Part shown: in pieces, positions 44,219 to 62,759 of the stretch
Layout: each line of letters starts with the position of its first letter
Numbering within the stretch: position 1 is the first letter of the stretch
From: the human T2T-CHM13v2.0 reference genome, Homo sapiens
DNA length: 64,000 nt
Reading direction: 5' to 3' (one strand)
Assembly (NCBI RefSeq): GCF_009914755.1
Contig: NC_060936.1
The notes under the pieces: model-generated
What the model was told of the DNA's origin: nothing
The model's input: the letters and a program-made list of their open reading frames with translations, nothing else
The model's database searches: none
Program-made: the position numbers and the translations under genes

Positions 44219-44504
44219 TTTTATTTTATTTTTTGAGACGGAGTCTCGCTCTGTCGCCCAGGCTGGAGCGCAGTGGCGCGATTTCAGCTCACTGCAAGCT
44301 CCGCCTCCCGGGTTCACGCCATTCTCCTGCCTCAGCCTCTCTGAGTAGCTGGGACTACAGATGCCTGCCACCACTCCCAGCTAAGTTTTTGTATTTTTAG
44401 TAGAGACAAGGTTTCACGGTGGTCTTGATCTCCTGTCCTCATGATCCACCCGCCTTGGCCTCCCAAAGTGCTGGGATTACAAGCGTGAGCCACTGCGCCC
44501 TGCC
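44219..44504 (-). mobile_element. Alu (AluY/Sc-like)
   Basis: TSD ctgagtagcatttta 44209-44223 / 44504-44518. Confidence 0.95.
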
Positions 44505-44578
44505 TGAGTAGCATTTTAAACTTTCCAGTACAGCACAGGCTTTGGAATCAGGGATGACTGGATTTGAATCCTGTTACT

Positions 44579-44895
<317 letters not shown>

Positions 44896-45038
44896 TGAAC
44901 TTCAGTGTCTTCATTTACAAAATATGGATAATATCTGCCTCTTAAAAATGAATAAAAGGGATTTTGCACAGTGCCTGGCGCAGGAGAAAGACCCTGTAAG
45001 TGGTAACTGGAATGACCTACTCCAGGAGTCACATTTGA

Positions 45039-45678
<640 letters not shown>

Positions 45679-46224
45679 TAAAATATATAAAAGAGTATAA
45701 ATGTATAGTTGAATAGTATAGGTTAAACATACGTAAAGTATGATTCCCTCATCTCATGTGATCTAATAATTCTGTAGGTTAGAGCAGTTGTACCCTTGCC
45801 CCTTCAAAAGATAAAATCAAGAAACCAACAGCCACCCAGGGGATTCACAGGAAAACTGAGACCAGAACTTAGTGAAATGAAGTCGACTCACTAAGCTGCT
45901 CTGCTATTTGAGCAGCTGAGTGATCTGGGACAATTCTAACCTTTTGGGGCCAGGGTTTTGTTATCTGTGGAGAGATATGGGAGAGATTTTGCCAGGTTAT
46001 CTCTAGTGTTCCCGCCTCATCTCAGATTCCTCACTTCCCCTACTGTCTCCTAACTTCCTCGGGTCCACTTCTGCCACAAATCTGTTTTTGGCCCCCTCAA
46101 CTAACTACTCTTCTCAACAACTGTGCTTCTCTCCTTGTGACCTTACATAAGTCCTAGGAGTTGTCCCTCCCCATCACTGAAGGGCTGTGCTGTGAGACTG
46201 GAGAAAAGCTCACATTTTTATTGA

Positions 46225-47200
46225 CAGTAGGCATAGATGACTCTCAAATATGTATTTCTATCCCAGACTTCTCCTTTGAGATTCAGCTTTAAATACTCAA
46301 CCCCCATTAGACATTCCACCCAGACTTCCACAGGCTTTGCAACCTCATGTGTCTCAAAGTGGCCTCATCACTTTTCCTTCTAAGGTATTTCTTCTACTGT
46401 GTTCCCTTGTTAGAGTAGTTAACTCTAATCTAGCAAGCTAGAAATCTGGGTGCCATCCTCAATGCCTCCCTTCTCCCTCACCTCTATCCTCACAATGTAA
46501 AATCTAATCAGCCATCAAAAATTGAAATAAAATCTAATCAGTCATGAAAATTTAACTATTTATTAATAGTTAACATTTATTTGACTGTCCCATCATCTCC
46601 ATTGTGCAAACTGGTCCCAGTTTAGGCTCCCATCATCACCACCACAGAGCCAAGGCCTTCCACTCAGCTGCCTACCTCCAATTCTGGTTCCTTCCCATGG
46701 TTGCCAGACTGACCTACCCACAACTCACAATCTGACTATGAAACACATAAAGCACAGTCTCTTCCACATGGCATTCAAAGCCCTCCTTACCACTTGAGCC
46801 CTGCCTCCCACGAGTCTCTGCCTTACACTTTACACTTCAACGGCACTGAGCAGCTCTGAGAGGGTTCTCTGAACACATCATGCTGTCTCAATTTAATGCC
46901 TCTGCTCATGCTGTCCTCTCTACCTGGAATGCTTTCTTTTCCAAACTTCTGTCCTATTCCTAAATACCCTTTTAGCCAGCAGAGATTTCCTTCTCTGGGC
47001 AATATTCCCCAAGCCCCACCTCTCTACTGTGCTCTCCCGATGCTTCCTGCATCTCTACAGAACTGCACTTAGACAGCTTTATGTTATAATTACATGTTTA
47101 ATGTGTTTGTCTCCCCCTCTAGACTGAACTCCTGGGGGCAGGATGACTGTCTTAGTCACCTTTCTCCAGCTCTTAACACAATTCTAAGCACTTGCTGAGT
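46225..47200 (+). mobile_element. L2
   Basis: 'gcatagatgactctcaaat...ctcatgctgtcctctctacctggaatgc...ctagactgaactcct'. Confidence 0.7.
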
Positions 47201-48218
47201 GCATGAGTACTAGGCTACACTTGCTGAGTCTTTGAGGGCTGCTATCTTGCCCCCTCTCTGTTTCTAGGCAGGGAAAATGACACCTTAACCATTCTCAGTT
47301 CACCACCTCAGAGGCCCTCCTGAGTGCTGATGTGATTCTTTAGCCGCCCTGCCACAAAATAAGGCTCTCTCTGCCCTCTTGCCTCCAAGACAATCAGAAG
47401 CAGCTGGTAGTGCTTTTGTACTGTTATGACACCAACTTGACATTTCCCTGGATCTGTGGGCAACAAGTACTAGATGCTTTCTTTACAATTCTTGGAAAGA
47501 ATCAACTGAGAAGCCAAATTCTACTGGACATTGTCTAGCTGGTTATCCTCTAGCTTCTGAGATGATGCTCAAAACTTTTAACAAGGACATTCTAGAGAAA
47601 TGACAGATAAATGCTTTGGGACGCCACCGCGACCTGTTGCCCCATAAATGCACAAGAGATTCTTAATTCTTTAGTCAGCCACCATGCCAGCAATAATTAA
47701 ACAAGCCCAAAGGGAGCAATTCATAGCTGCTATTGGACCATCAATCTGGAACTCATGACAGATGCCATCAGAAAATAATCTGCAGACGTGAGCACTTCAT
47801 GAGGGAGCAGATTCACCAAGTGTCCTGCCTGCCAAGGGCCTGAGGATAATGAGTGCTTATATGAGGTTGATTCTGCTGAGTGGCAAGTAAAAACAAAATA
47901 ACCACAACCACAAACGAGAAGTCTGTCCAAAGTAAGGGGCCCAAGCATACTCTGGACACAGAAGGGGTCCAAACAAAGATGCTCTTTCCTGGTCAGATAT
48001 CTCTGGCCCATCCATTCTAGAACATTGTCTGGGCCTCACTTCAGGGCTGGCATTGAAATGAGAGGAGTATGTGATCTCAAGTCTACGAAATGAGCCCATA
48101 TAACAGCAACTCTACCACCCCAGAGTTCAATAAAATCCCAGGAGCACAGGTCTCAACCTCAGCTGGTGTATGATGGTTTTACCCTTGGTAAACGCCCCCA
48201 GTTTTAAAATAAGGTCCA

Positions 48219-48497
48219 GGCCGGAAGCAGTGGCTCACGCCTGTAATCCCAACACTTTGGGAGGCTGAGGCAGGCAGATCACTTGAGCCCAGGAGTTCGA
48301 GACCAGCCTAAGCTGCATGGCGATATCCCTAGCTGGGCATGGTGGCACGCGCCTGTAGTCCCAGCTACTCAGGAGGCTGAGGCAGGAGAATCACCTGAAC
48401 CCAGGAGGTGGAGGTTGCAGTGAGCCAAGATGGTGCCACCGGACTCCAGCCTGGGAGACAGAGAGAGACTCTGTCTCAAAATAATAATAATAATAAT
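48219..48497 (+). mobile_element. Alu with deleted central linker and (AAT)n tail
   Basis: Alu consensus lacking the mid A-rich region. Confidence 0.9.
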
Positions 48498-48799
48498 GTC
48501 CCTCCATGGCTACACAAGAGACAAAATGTGCTAAAGGGCAGGCCAACAAAAGCCAAGAATTACCCCAGTACCTGGAGGTCCCTAAAGCCTGTGGAAAGGT
48601 CATGACTAGGCCAACATTATTGAGTATAAAAGAAAGGTGACTAGTACGTGCTGTTCAGTGACTTTACAACTTCAAGGTACAGAAAAACAGTCTCTACCCT
48701 TCAACAATAATTCTTATTTCTTAAATATTTTTGTTAGGCTCCTCAATACCAGATCTCTGATTCAAGAAGTTAATGGCCTTCAAATAATATTTCTATTTA

Positions 48800-49629
<830 letters not shown>

Positions 49630-50053
49630 TTATGTCAGTCACTGAGCCCCAAAACTCTTAAAAAAGGCTTGGCTGAGCATCCATCCCTACACTCCTTGCA
49701 GCTGCTTCCCAGACCAGACTTCATATTTCTCTTCAAGACCAGAACACACAGAGTGACTTCAGGAAATCTTGAGAGAATCAGACTTGAGAAGCCTAGGAAA
49801 GACAAGTATCTATTTACAGTTAATCAGCACCCTACCCGGCCCTGCAGACAGTTCTGACAACTGGAGCCAGGAAGAATCAACCACAGGCTCTGACTGGGGC
49901 CCACCTGAGGCTAGGAGCCAGTTGGACCCCCAGATGAGTACTGACTCTGATCCCCACCCAGACTGGCTGCACTGCCATAGGGAGCCCCTTCCTCGGAGAC
50001 ACACTCAGGCACTGGGATCCAAAGTTCATGGAAAGTTTCACTTTCTCTTATAG

Positions 50054-50532
<479 letters not shown>

Positions 50533-51986
50533 ATAACCCCCAATGACCATCTATCTCTTTATCTTACCTTCTTTTTCTTCATGGTACTTCTTGCTACTTA
50601 ACACTATATTATATACCTGTAGATTTGTTTATTGTTCTCCCCAACAACAATGTGAATGCTATGAGACTGGCTTGTCTTTTTTGTTCACTGTGGTATCACT
50701 GATGTCTAAAATACAGAGTAAACACTCAATAAATAGTTGTTGAATGAATAAACGAGTGATCATGCAAAGATTTTTAAACTCTGCTTCCATCCTAGTGGGG
50801 CTACATGAGAAGCAAGACTGAATAATGCCTACTTTCCAGAAAGCCCTATAAACCTGTTGCTGAACCCTAACATTCCCTCCAAATATCTCCCTAAAGTCCT
50901 CCACATCTCACTCCCAGGCCCACAAACCCTAACCCACCCCAGAGCAAGTATTAAAGACAGAAAATGGAACAGCACCCAGGGAGGAGACACATTTTTCCTC
51001 CAGTTAAGTACAGTCCAGAACCTCTGCAAATTAAAAGCTCCCTCTTCACTGAATCCACTCAGCTATAGTTATAGGTCACACTTTTTATTTTTATAACCAG
51101 CCAACCCATCAAATTATAGGCTCAGGCCACTGGGAGGCACGCCAAACACTGGGGCCAGCCTAGCCTAGCAGAGGCACTGCCCCTTCTGGCCTGAGAGGGG
51201 GTACAGGAGTGAGGACTGAGCACCAGTCAAACCTGAAAGGGCAGAAGCCACCATCACCCTGCAGGGGACAGTCTAGCGAGAAGCCTGGATCTCACTCAGG
51301 CCAAACTGCTGCCCATAAGGGAGACAGATTCCAGGATTCTCCACACAGCAGACAAGAGAACTCTTAACCTTATAAAGCATACCTAGAAGTTTCCCTACAA
51401 TTAATTTCCAAACTCCTTACCAAGGCCAACAAGGTCCCACATAATCTGGGCCCTGCTCACCTTTCCTATACCTTCTCGGACTCTCCTCAGCATCCTTGTA
51501 GACCAGTCTGGCCTTCTTGCAGTTCCTCAAATGTGCAAAGTTCTTTTCCACCCCAGGGCTTTGCAAAAGTTGTTCTCTTCCTAGAAAACTCATCCCCCAG
51601 ATCTTTATATATAGCTATGATGATGGCTTGTGGTAAGTGGGTCTGCAAGAATGAACCAAAGAAACTGCTAAGAAGTCCATTACAACAGACCAGGCAAGAG
51701 CTGAAGATCAACTACAGTAGTGGTAGTACAGATAGAAAGGTGAGAGGGACAGCAGCCCAGACTAACTCCAAGTGCTTGGCCTGGATAATTAGCTGGAAGA
51801 GTGCCATTCCCCCCAAAATACAATGTATAAGAAAACACTAGCAGGTATAAAGTGGCTCACAAACATTGGACACTGTTACTATGAAATGAGATATATTTAT
51901 TGAGCATCTACTATGAACAAGGCATTGTTAATAATAAAAATTATTTAGTACAAGACAACATTTTACCCTAAAGAAAGGCAAAAATG

Positions 51987-52138
51987 GGCTGGGCATGGTG
52001 GCTCATGCCTGTAATCTCAGCACTTTGGGAGGCTAAGGTGCAAGGATCACTTGAGCCCAGGAATTCAAGGCTGCAGTGAGCTATGATCACACTACTGCAC
52101 TCCAGCCTGGGCAAGAAAGAAAGATCCTAACTCAAAAA
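51987..52138 (+). mobile_element. Alu monomer (FRAM-like)
   Basis: ~150-nt monomer. Confidence 0.85.
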
Positions 52139-52467
52139 ATAATTTTTTTTAAAGGAAAGCAAGACAGATTTGGCAATGGAAAGAATTAGTTCAAAACTTG
52201 CTGACTAGAAATGGAAGCTTCTACATTTGAAGACTTCTGCAGTTCAAGGGTAACACATGGGATCATTTTCTATCCAGTTTCACTTAAATCAAATTATTCT
52301 GATTCTCTAACCTATGAGGATTGAGCATTTATCTCTCATATATATCAATCATTCAACTTTAAATGAGAAAACTCATGAATGGCCAGAGACCAGTTACCAA
52401 CTATTCTCTATTCCCTGTTGAAACCCTGGGCAGGAAAGTCCCTTTTCTAACAATCAAGAAATGTTCA

Positions 52468-52739
52468 GGCTAGGCACGATGGCTCATGTCTACAATGCCA
52501 GCACTTTGAGAAGCTGAGGTGGGCAGATATGGCTTGAGCCCAGGAGTTCAAGACCAGCTTGGGCAACACAGCAAGATACCATCTCTACAAAAAAGTAAGA
52601 AGCACAACTGTAGTCCCAGCTACTAAGGAGGCTGAAATGGAGGACGGCTTGAGCCTAGGAGTTGGAGGCTACAGTAAGCCATGATCACACTATTGCACTT
52701 CAACCTGGGTGACAGAGCAAGCCCATTTCAAAAAAATAA
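52468..52739 (+). mobile_element. Alu (AluJ-like)
   Basis: TSD aagaaatgttcag. Confidence 0.92.
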
Positions 52740-53778
52740 GAAATGTTCAGACAAAACTCAGTGTGTACTGGCCATCTGTCCTGATCCAAGCTCACATCTG
52801 TCTATAACTAAACTCCTCTATTCCAGCAGCAGGGCTCCTGGCTGCCCCTCATATAGCTGCTTCATTCCTCCTCCTTAATTCCCTCCCATACAGCTCTGGC
52901 CTGGAACAATCTCCTCTCTCCTGATCTACAGCTGATTAAAGACCTGACTAAATCCCCTGTCCTCCTTAAAGCACTGCCTATTTAGCACTCCTATACCACA
53001 CTGATCCTCCCCTAGCTCTCCAATCTTTCTGTGTTTATAGCTGTGTGGCACCCTATCACCTCATGATCTCACTTGGTCTTCACAAAAGCATGTGATTGGG
53101 CAAGACAAACAGTATTCCCACATTACAGATAAAATACAGCACAGAGTCTCACAGACAACCTGAGGACATGCACTTGCTTTAATTCTCTAGTTCAAAATAT
53201 AGTTTTAAGTACATACACATTTTGTCTCTCCAACTCAGATAGCAAGCATTATCTTCTATTTATTTTGTATACCCCCAAGTACAAGGGAAAGTGCTGTGTA
53301 TACAGCAGGCACCTATGACGTATTAACTTAATAAATCATGAAAGAAAAGAAAATGGAATGAACATTTAGAATAGACCCAAGACTTCCCAACCTAAAGCCT
53401 TCTTTGTTACACTCTCTCTTAACAACCTGTTCTTTGCCTTCCAAGAATATATCATAATTAAATATTTATTTAATATCTGTATTTTCCTCTAAACTCTATG
53501 AGGGCAAAGGAATTCTTAGATTTTTCACCACTATATACCTAGTGATATCAAGAGCACGTAGTAAATTTAAAACAAAAAACAAGAAAACAAAACTTCTCGA
53601 ATAGCAGATGTCCTAGTAGGATAGCTAAGATCCAAACCCAAATCTGGCTGACTCTAAAGCCCAAATCTTTCCACCACACCTCTTAGCAAAGGAGAACTTG
53701 TTCGGTAAACTTTCCCCTATATTCTGCCACAATCCACTCAATCCACTCCAAAGCAGTAGTAAGAGCAAAGGAGAGTCA

Positions 53779-54300
<522 letters not shown>

Positions 54301-54637
54301 AAAATTATTAGCTATCCTTATTCCTAGAAGGCAAGAACCTAGAGAAAATGATTGTCACGGTGGTCACAGCTGCTGAACCGACTTGACTTTGAGAAGCTGA
54401 GATGCAGCACAGCCTAGAGCTCAGGTTTATTCTCTTTGTGGACTTCTAGGGCTATGGCTGTGCCAAGGCTGGAGATGCAGCTTTCACTGGCCTGGAAATG
54501 ACAGAGACTAAAAATACATAGCCTGCCTGTATCTGGGGGACCAGGATCATGCCTACATTAAATAATTTAAAATACAGCTTCAGCGCAAAAGAGCATCTCT
54601 TAGGATTCTTTTTACTGTGGAAACAGTGCCAAGCTCA

Positions 54638-55353
<716 letters not shown>

Positions 55354-55679
55354 CTTCAGTCTACCCCCTCCCTACCCAATTTTTATTCCTCCTTTTCTCT
55401 TAAAGGAGGAATACACAAGTAGATAATGTAAAAGAAAAAAATTCAACCAACTCAAAGCTTATAGAATAAAAAATCAGTCACTATTCAGCCCTCAACCCCA
55501 CTCAATCCCCTCCACAGTTCACCACAGTTAATAGGTTGGTGTTTATTTTTCTAGGCCTTTTTTCTATGTATTTATATACAACCATATATGGTTTTTATAA
55601 AGCATTATATATACAGTCTTCTAATTGCCTTTTTAGATTATATTTACACGTACATATATATCTTGGAGATTCCCATTTG

Positions 55680-56345
55680 CCACAGCCATTTATTGAGTGC
55701 CTACCCTGTGCCAGGTATTTGGCTGTACAGTGATAAGCAAACATAATGTCCCCACCCTCACTGAATCAACAATCTGGGAGATGCATAATAAACAAGTAAT
55801 CAAATAATTGTACAAGGGAAAAAGAATGAATAGGATGCTAACTAAGAAAAAGAATAGTAAGTGGGGAAGATCTGAGAGGTGGCATTTTTAAAAATTGAGA
55901 CCTAAAGTATAAACTAGAAAGAGTCGTTTTAACATCCAGGCAAAGGGTATCCCAGGAGAGGAAACAGCTTATGCAAAGATCCTGAGATAGAAAGGAGCTT
56001 GTCCTGAACGAAAGAGGGCTAATGTGGAACTTCGTAAACAGGAGGGCAATAAGGTTAAAAAGGTCAGCAGGTGTCAAATGATGCAATCTTAAGGGTCCAT
56101 TGTCAGGAGTTTGCATTTTTCCTTTTAGTATAATACAAAGGGAAGCCATTAAAGGTTTTTAGGCCAGGGAATGATGCTATTTAATTTATATTTTAAATTT
56201 GGGTGCTTTGTGGAGAATGGGTGGGAAGATGGAGATAGGGATAAGAGAGGAAAATGGAAAGCCAGATGGTTGGCTGCAATACAAGCAAGAGCTGATCTTG
56301 ACTTAGACCAGGGCGGTGGCAGTAGAGAAAAGGGACAGGCAGATT
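55680..56345 (-). mobile_element. L2
   Basis: 'catttattgagtgcctaccctgtgccagg...gggaagccattaaaggtttt'. Confidence 0.8.
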
Positions 56346-56369
56346 ACATATACATATAGAGAGAGACAG

Positions 56370-57302
<933 letters not shown>

Positions 57303-57643
57303 TAAAAATAACTCCCAGGATTTGCCCTGAGTAGATGAATGGGAGAGCAGTAAATTTAAGCAAGGAGTGGACAATCAGGCTCTTCCCCATTCCTTTTTTT
57401 ACGTTAAACAATGTAGCCCCGATTATTCCTTACATGCACCTTCCGTCACATGTGTAAACTGTTCTGCAGAATGGTTTCCTAAAGGTGAGGTGGGGGAGTT
57501 AGAGAACACGCACATTTTAAATGGATAAACCCTGTAAAATGCCTTCCAAAATGTCTGTACCGAATTACTCTGCCATTAATATTGACCACGGACATAGTCA
57601 GTCTTCAAAATTTCACCCAGATAATTAGTATAATAAGTATATC

Positions 57644-57939
<296 letters not shown>

Positions 57940-59073
57940 GTATATCCTCTAAATTTTCATCTCCTTGATTTCTAGTGAAGTTAAAAAACTTTTTCTATTA
58001 TTTAACTTTTAATTACATAACTAATACATAAATGAATTATCCTTGTAAAAAAAAAAAAGTAAACATTATAGCTAGGCATGGTGGTACACTCCTGCAGTCC
58101 CAGCTACTCCAAAGGATGAGGTGGGAGGGCCCAAGAGTTCGACTCCAGTTTAGGGAACAAAACATTGTCTCTAAAAAATATATAAATAAAAATTTCAGAT
58201 GTAAACATTATAGATAAAGCTAAATTCCTCTTGAATCTGTTCTTCCCATCATGGTTCCTCCCCTAACCCTGAATCCCAGAGGTAACTAACTAGTGTTATC
58301 GGTTTTATTTGTACCCTTACAGATACTTTTTTATTAATTTAAAATCTATATATAAAAAATAAAAGATTAAGCATCTTTTAGAAGTTGTTTTTCCAACAGT
58401 CCTTTTAGCATGAATAAAAAATCTAACCAAAAATAGTTTCCTTAAGGCCTAAGTTAGTGACATTTAAGCTGAGACCATCCCCGCTTAGTTAACCCCTCTG
58501 AGCCCTAGCTTCATATTGCCTGTAAAAAAACACTGCAGTGAAATACTGCCTCATAGAGTTGTTGTTAAGTTAAATGAGATAAAACATGTCAAAGTACGCG
58601 GCATACATCCAACAAATGTTAACTGTCTTTCCTTAACCTTTACAAGTTAAATCCAGGCAGTCGGTAAGGACCAGACACTGAGCCATTCCTAAAAGGATGA
58701 GATGAGGGACTCTACTCAGAAAAAAACAGAGTGTTGTCTTAAAGATTTTTTTTCATAAGTCCCCCAAAAGATGTAAATTTTCCTACAAAAATTCTGTTAT
58801 GAAATATCCGAGCAGTCAAAAAAGGTACAGGTCATTTTTTTTTTTTGTAAGGTAGAAGAGAGGATTTAAGCATTGCTAGAGAAACAAACGTTCCATCCAT
58901 CCTTCTCCCAGGCAGATGCTGGGAAGCTCACTACCCAGATATTCCCCCAAGGACCTCAGGCCTGCAGGAAAGAGTTGCTGCTTTAGGCAGGTAGTACCTC
59001 CAAACACAGGATATTATCTAACCTTTGGCCGTCACTGCAAGAGGCCACTGGGTTCCTGGGATTTGTGAAAATA

Positions 59074-59651
59074 TAGCTGTCTCTTGGTATTTGAAGGGGA
59101 TTGGTTCTAGGACCTCTCTAGAATACCAAAATCCCCAGATGCTCAAGTCTCTGATATAAAATTATATAGTAATTGCATACAACCTACACACATCCTCCTG
59201 TATACTTTAAATCACCTCTAAACTGTTTATAATACATAATACAATTAAGTGCTATGTAAATACAGTTGTCCCTCAGTATATGTGGGGAATTGGTTCCAGG
59301 ACCAGACCAAATGGCTCCAAGCCTGGTCCTGGAACCAAAACCTGAGCATACTCAAACTCCACAGGCCCCATGGAACCCATGTGTATGAAAAAGTCTGCCC
59401 TCCTTGTAAGGTTTTCAATTCTTACTACTCAATTCTCGTTTGATTGAAAAATCTGCGTATAAGCTCACCCACACAATTCAAGGCCTTGTTGTTTAAGACT
59501 CACCTACAGTTGTTATACTGTTTTGTTTACAGAATAATTACAAGGAAAAAAACGCTACATGATCAGTACATGCACAATTTTTTCAAATATTTTATATCTG
59601 AAGTTGGTTGAATCCACAGATACAGAACCCACAGATAAGGAGGGCCAGCTG
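59074..59651 (+). mobile_element. MER2 (TcMar-Tigger MITE) split by a nested MER8-like element
   Basis: Matches MER2 as recalled, including the 3' end 'gaatccacagatacagaacccacagataaggagggccagctg'; TA flanks at 59072-73 and 59652-53. Confidence 0.85.
59263..59506 (+). mobile_element. MER8-like Tigger MITE nested in MER2
   Basis: Starts cagttgtccctcagtata after TA; ends 'ttgttgtttaagactcaccta'; MER2 resumes at ~59509. Confidence 0.75.
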
Positions 59652-60444
59652 TACATCCTATTATCTCCACCTGGATCTTCCCAAAGGTTGAGGGCTAGGG
59701 CCCTAGTTCAAAGAGGTAGACCCCATCACAAAGGATCCTTAATCAAAGTTAAACTGTCCAGGGGCCTGAATATCTTCCTCTGAATGGGAATCACCCAAGT
59801 TTCAACAAGCTCTTTTTGTTGGAACCACTAACAGCAGCATTATTTTATCTGAACCAATAACCAGGGCTCCTTCTTACCAAGGATCAAGAGTACTAAAACT
59901 GTATCAAGGAGTTCCTGCAGTAGAGTTTCCTCACCCAGCTATCACTTCCCATTCCTCCAGGCTGGCAGCCAGGGCTTCCTCAGCAAATCCAAAAATGGTC
60001 TTTAAAACTCCCAAAATACTACATGTGTTCATACATAGATGGGAGGGGGAGAGGGGAAATAGGGACCACAGGTTTAACTGGATTTCCAAAGGAATCTGTT
60101 ACCCAAAAGATTGAGAACTACTGTTGACAGATCTCTCAAACATATTCCCAACTTATAAAAACTTTTACTCTGGCTTGAGTAACTGACCAGGGGGTGAGTG
60201 TAGTATGTACATCCCAAACTGCCACTTGATGAGTTTTAGGGTAGAGCCCACAGTACAGAGGAATCAGGTATTAAACCAACAGGCAGAGGTAATAAAAAGA
60301 GGTCCACCTCTTTCCTAAAGGTGTGCTAGGAAATGGGAAAACCAAGAAAGCACCACACACCATGGCTCTGTCTTCCCTTTTACTGCTCTTGAAGCTTCAT
60401 CCTCAATTGGTACACAGGACAAAGGAGGTACAGATAAGTGGAAG

Positions 60445-60661
60445 GCAAATCTCAGTAGGGGTGCCAATCACATTTTGGGCAGGATCCTTCTTCATTGTGT
60501 GGGACTCACCAAAACATGACCCAAACACAGAGGGATGTTTAACAGCCTTGGCTCTCAGCTAGAAAGCCTAGCACTCCCAGTCAGTATGATAATCAAAACA
60601 TCCTCAAGTGCTTCCAAAAACTCCCTCCTGGGACAATACCTCCCTCAGTTGAAAGCTACTT
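60445..60661 (-). mobile_element. MER20 (hAT-Charlie)
   Basis: 'cacattttgggcagga...ggatgtttaacagc...cagttgaaagctact' resembles the reverse MER20 consensus. Confidence 0.65.
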
Positions 60662-62109
60662 TAAATTATGGAATTCTGAGACGAGATAAAGTGGGTAATG
60701 TATATACAATAAATATTTATTTTTAGCACCTTTATAGGTTACAAAGTGTTTTCACTATGTTGTCTCCTGTAAGCATCCTCAAAAACCTGTAGGATAGGTA
60801 TTATCCTCACACGTGTCATAAAGGATGAAATTGACTCAGAAAAGTTACAGGATTTGCCTAAAGTCGTGCAGCTGAAAAAAAAAAAGACTATAAAGCTGGA
60901 TCAGAACCTAAGTCTTCTGATTCCAAAACCAATGGTCTACTGCTTCCTCCCAGAACAAAATTTTTTTTAAGATTTCATGGGAAACACTAGGAGGATCTAT
61001 TGACTGGCTCCCCAGCTTCTGTGTAAAAACAAGAACAGAAACTGCTCTAAGCTATAGGTAGTTTTTAAAACCAAATATCCATCTCCTAAAGTACCCAACG
61101 ACCAGGCTCATGTCAACTTTCTTAGAGAGGCACCGTACAATTAAAAGAGGATTATGATATTCTCCATTCTGAATTTGAGTAGAAATGAGCAAACAGGGGA
61201 GAAACAAAGTACGTATCTTCCCTGTTGGTGTGTATAAGGGACCCAGAGGTAAGATCACCAGCCCCAACTCCAGTTTTGGCCATAACTCTGGGTGAGGGGG
61301 GATAAGGTGGTAAAAGAGATGGACGTGGGGGATAAGGATAAGAATTAAACCATCACTAATATACAAGAGCCTAAACTTGTCCTCTACTGGCAAAATCTGC
61401 CATGTAAATAATTCTGCTAGCCCCTCGTGGTTCTGGACATTATTGAGAACACCTTTCAAGGACCTAAAAATACTTTATAAACTAAGAAGAGTATGCATAA
61501 TAGTAAAGCTGCAGGAGGGGAGATACTGCTCCCCACCCCCAAAAAAAAAAAACACCCTATCCATGTCCTCCCCTACCCAACACACAAACCCCAACCCACA
61601 ACTTTGTTGTGAGGTGATGGAAGACAGAAAGCGTAAGAGAACCTGGAAAGAGGAAGATTCTAAAAGAGGAAAAGAGAAGTAGAGAGGAAAGTGGGAGGCA
61701 AAGACAACAAGAGTATCTCCAGGACACAGAGGGAGCTTGACATTTCTACACCTTTCCTGGGGGACTGACTCACTCTCCATGTGAAAGGAAAACAAGATAC
61801 AAAGACATAACTTTGCCCAGAGAGGCAAAAGAGAGAGACTGGAAATGGAATGCAGGAATTCTAGCTGCCCAGCTCAGTTCTATTCTGGAATCCACTTCAC
61901 TTCTCTATGAATGACAATCTTAAATCCCTGAAGTTCTCACCTGCTGCTATTCAGAAGTACCCAGCAAGAAGCAGGAGAGGAGGAGCCTGTGTGCTGACAG
62001 GACCGTCCCCTCCTCTATCTTCAAAGAAAAAGGTCCTCCCCTTCTTTAAAGTCATTTCCGAACCGCGATGAACCCCTAGCCTTTCCCTGGCTCTGCTATT
62101 GCTCAGCTC

Positions 62110-62199
62110 AGACGTGGGAGAAATGTTTCCCCAGAATGGAAGAGACTGGTCTGGAGACGTGGGAGAAATGTTTCCCCAGAATGGAAGTGACTGGTCTGG
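62110..62199. repeat. 45-bp tandem duplication (1 mismatch)
   Basis: 62110-62154 vs 62155-62199; a62143/t62188. Confidence 0.95.
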
Positions 62200-62759
62200 C
62201 AGACCAGATGACACGCTGACTTCAGGCAGCCAACACTGCTGTCCCATGGGCTTACTACAGTCACTTCTGGGGCACATACTTTGGTGTTGACCACAGAACC
62301 AGGACCCCGGCTCTGCCCAGCCTCCCCAAGCAACCTCAGGGGCAGGGGAGGATCTGTGGTCTCATTTCCTCTCCACTTTGGCTTCTTTTTTCACTTCACT
62401 GAAGATTAGTTATTTCCACCAAGACCAGTTCCTGTTCTCACCAGCTGTAGCAGTTGTTTCCCCACAGACAGAATTAGGAAGCACTGGTGTGGCTGCCACC
62501 TGGACTGTCCCAGCTGCAGAACACAGACCCAATGAGTCCTGAGAAAGGGCTTTTTCATCCCAGATAAAGTAGCAGGAAGAAAGTAACGGGCAGGAAGCAA
62601 TTCCAAGAACTCCACAGTGGATACAATGGCATCCATTTTATTATTTTAACCTTACATAACAGTTACATATGCTTTTATACGTGAAAAATATTTTATAATG
62701 AAAAACTATACGAAATGTATACATTTATTACATAGACATATGTATATAATAAATCCCCA

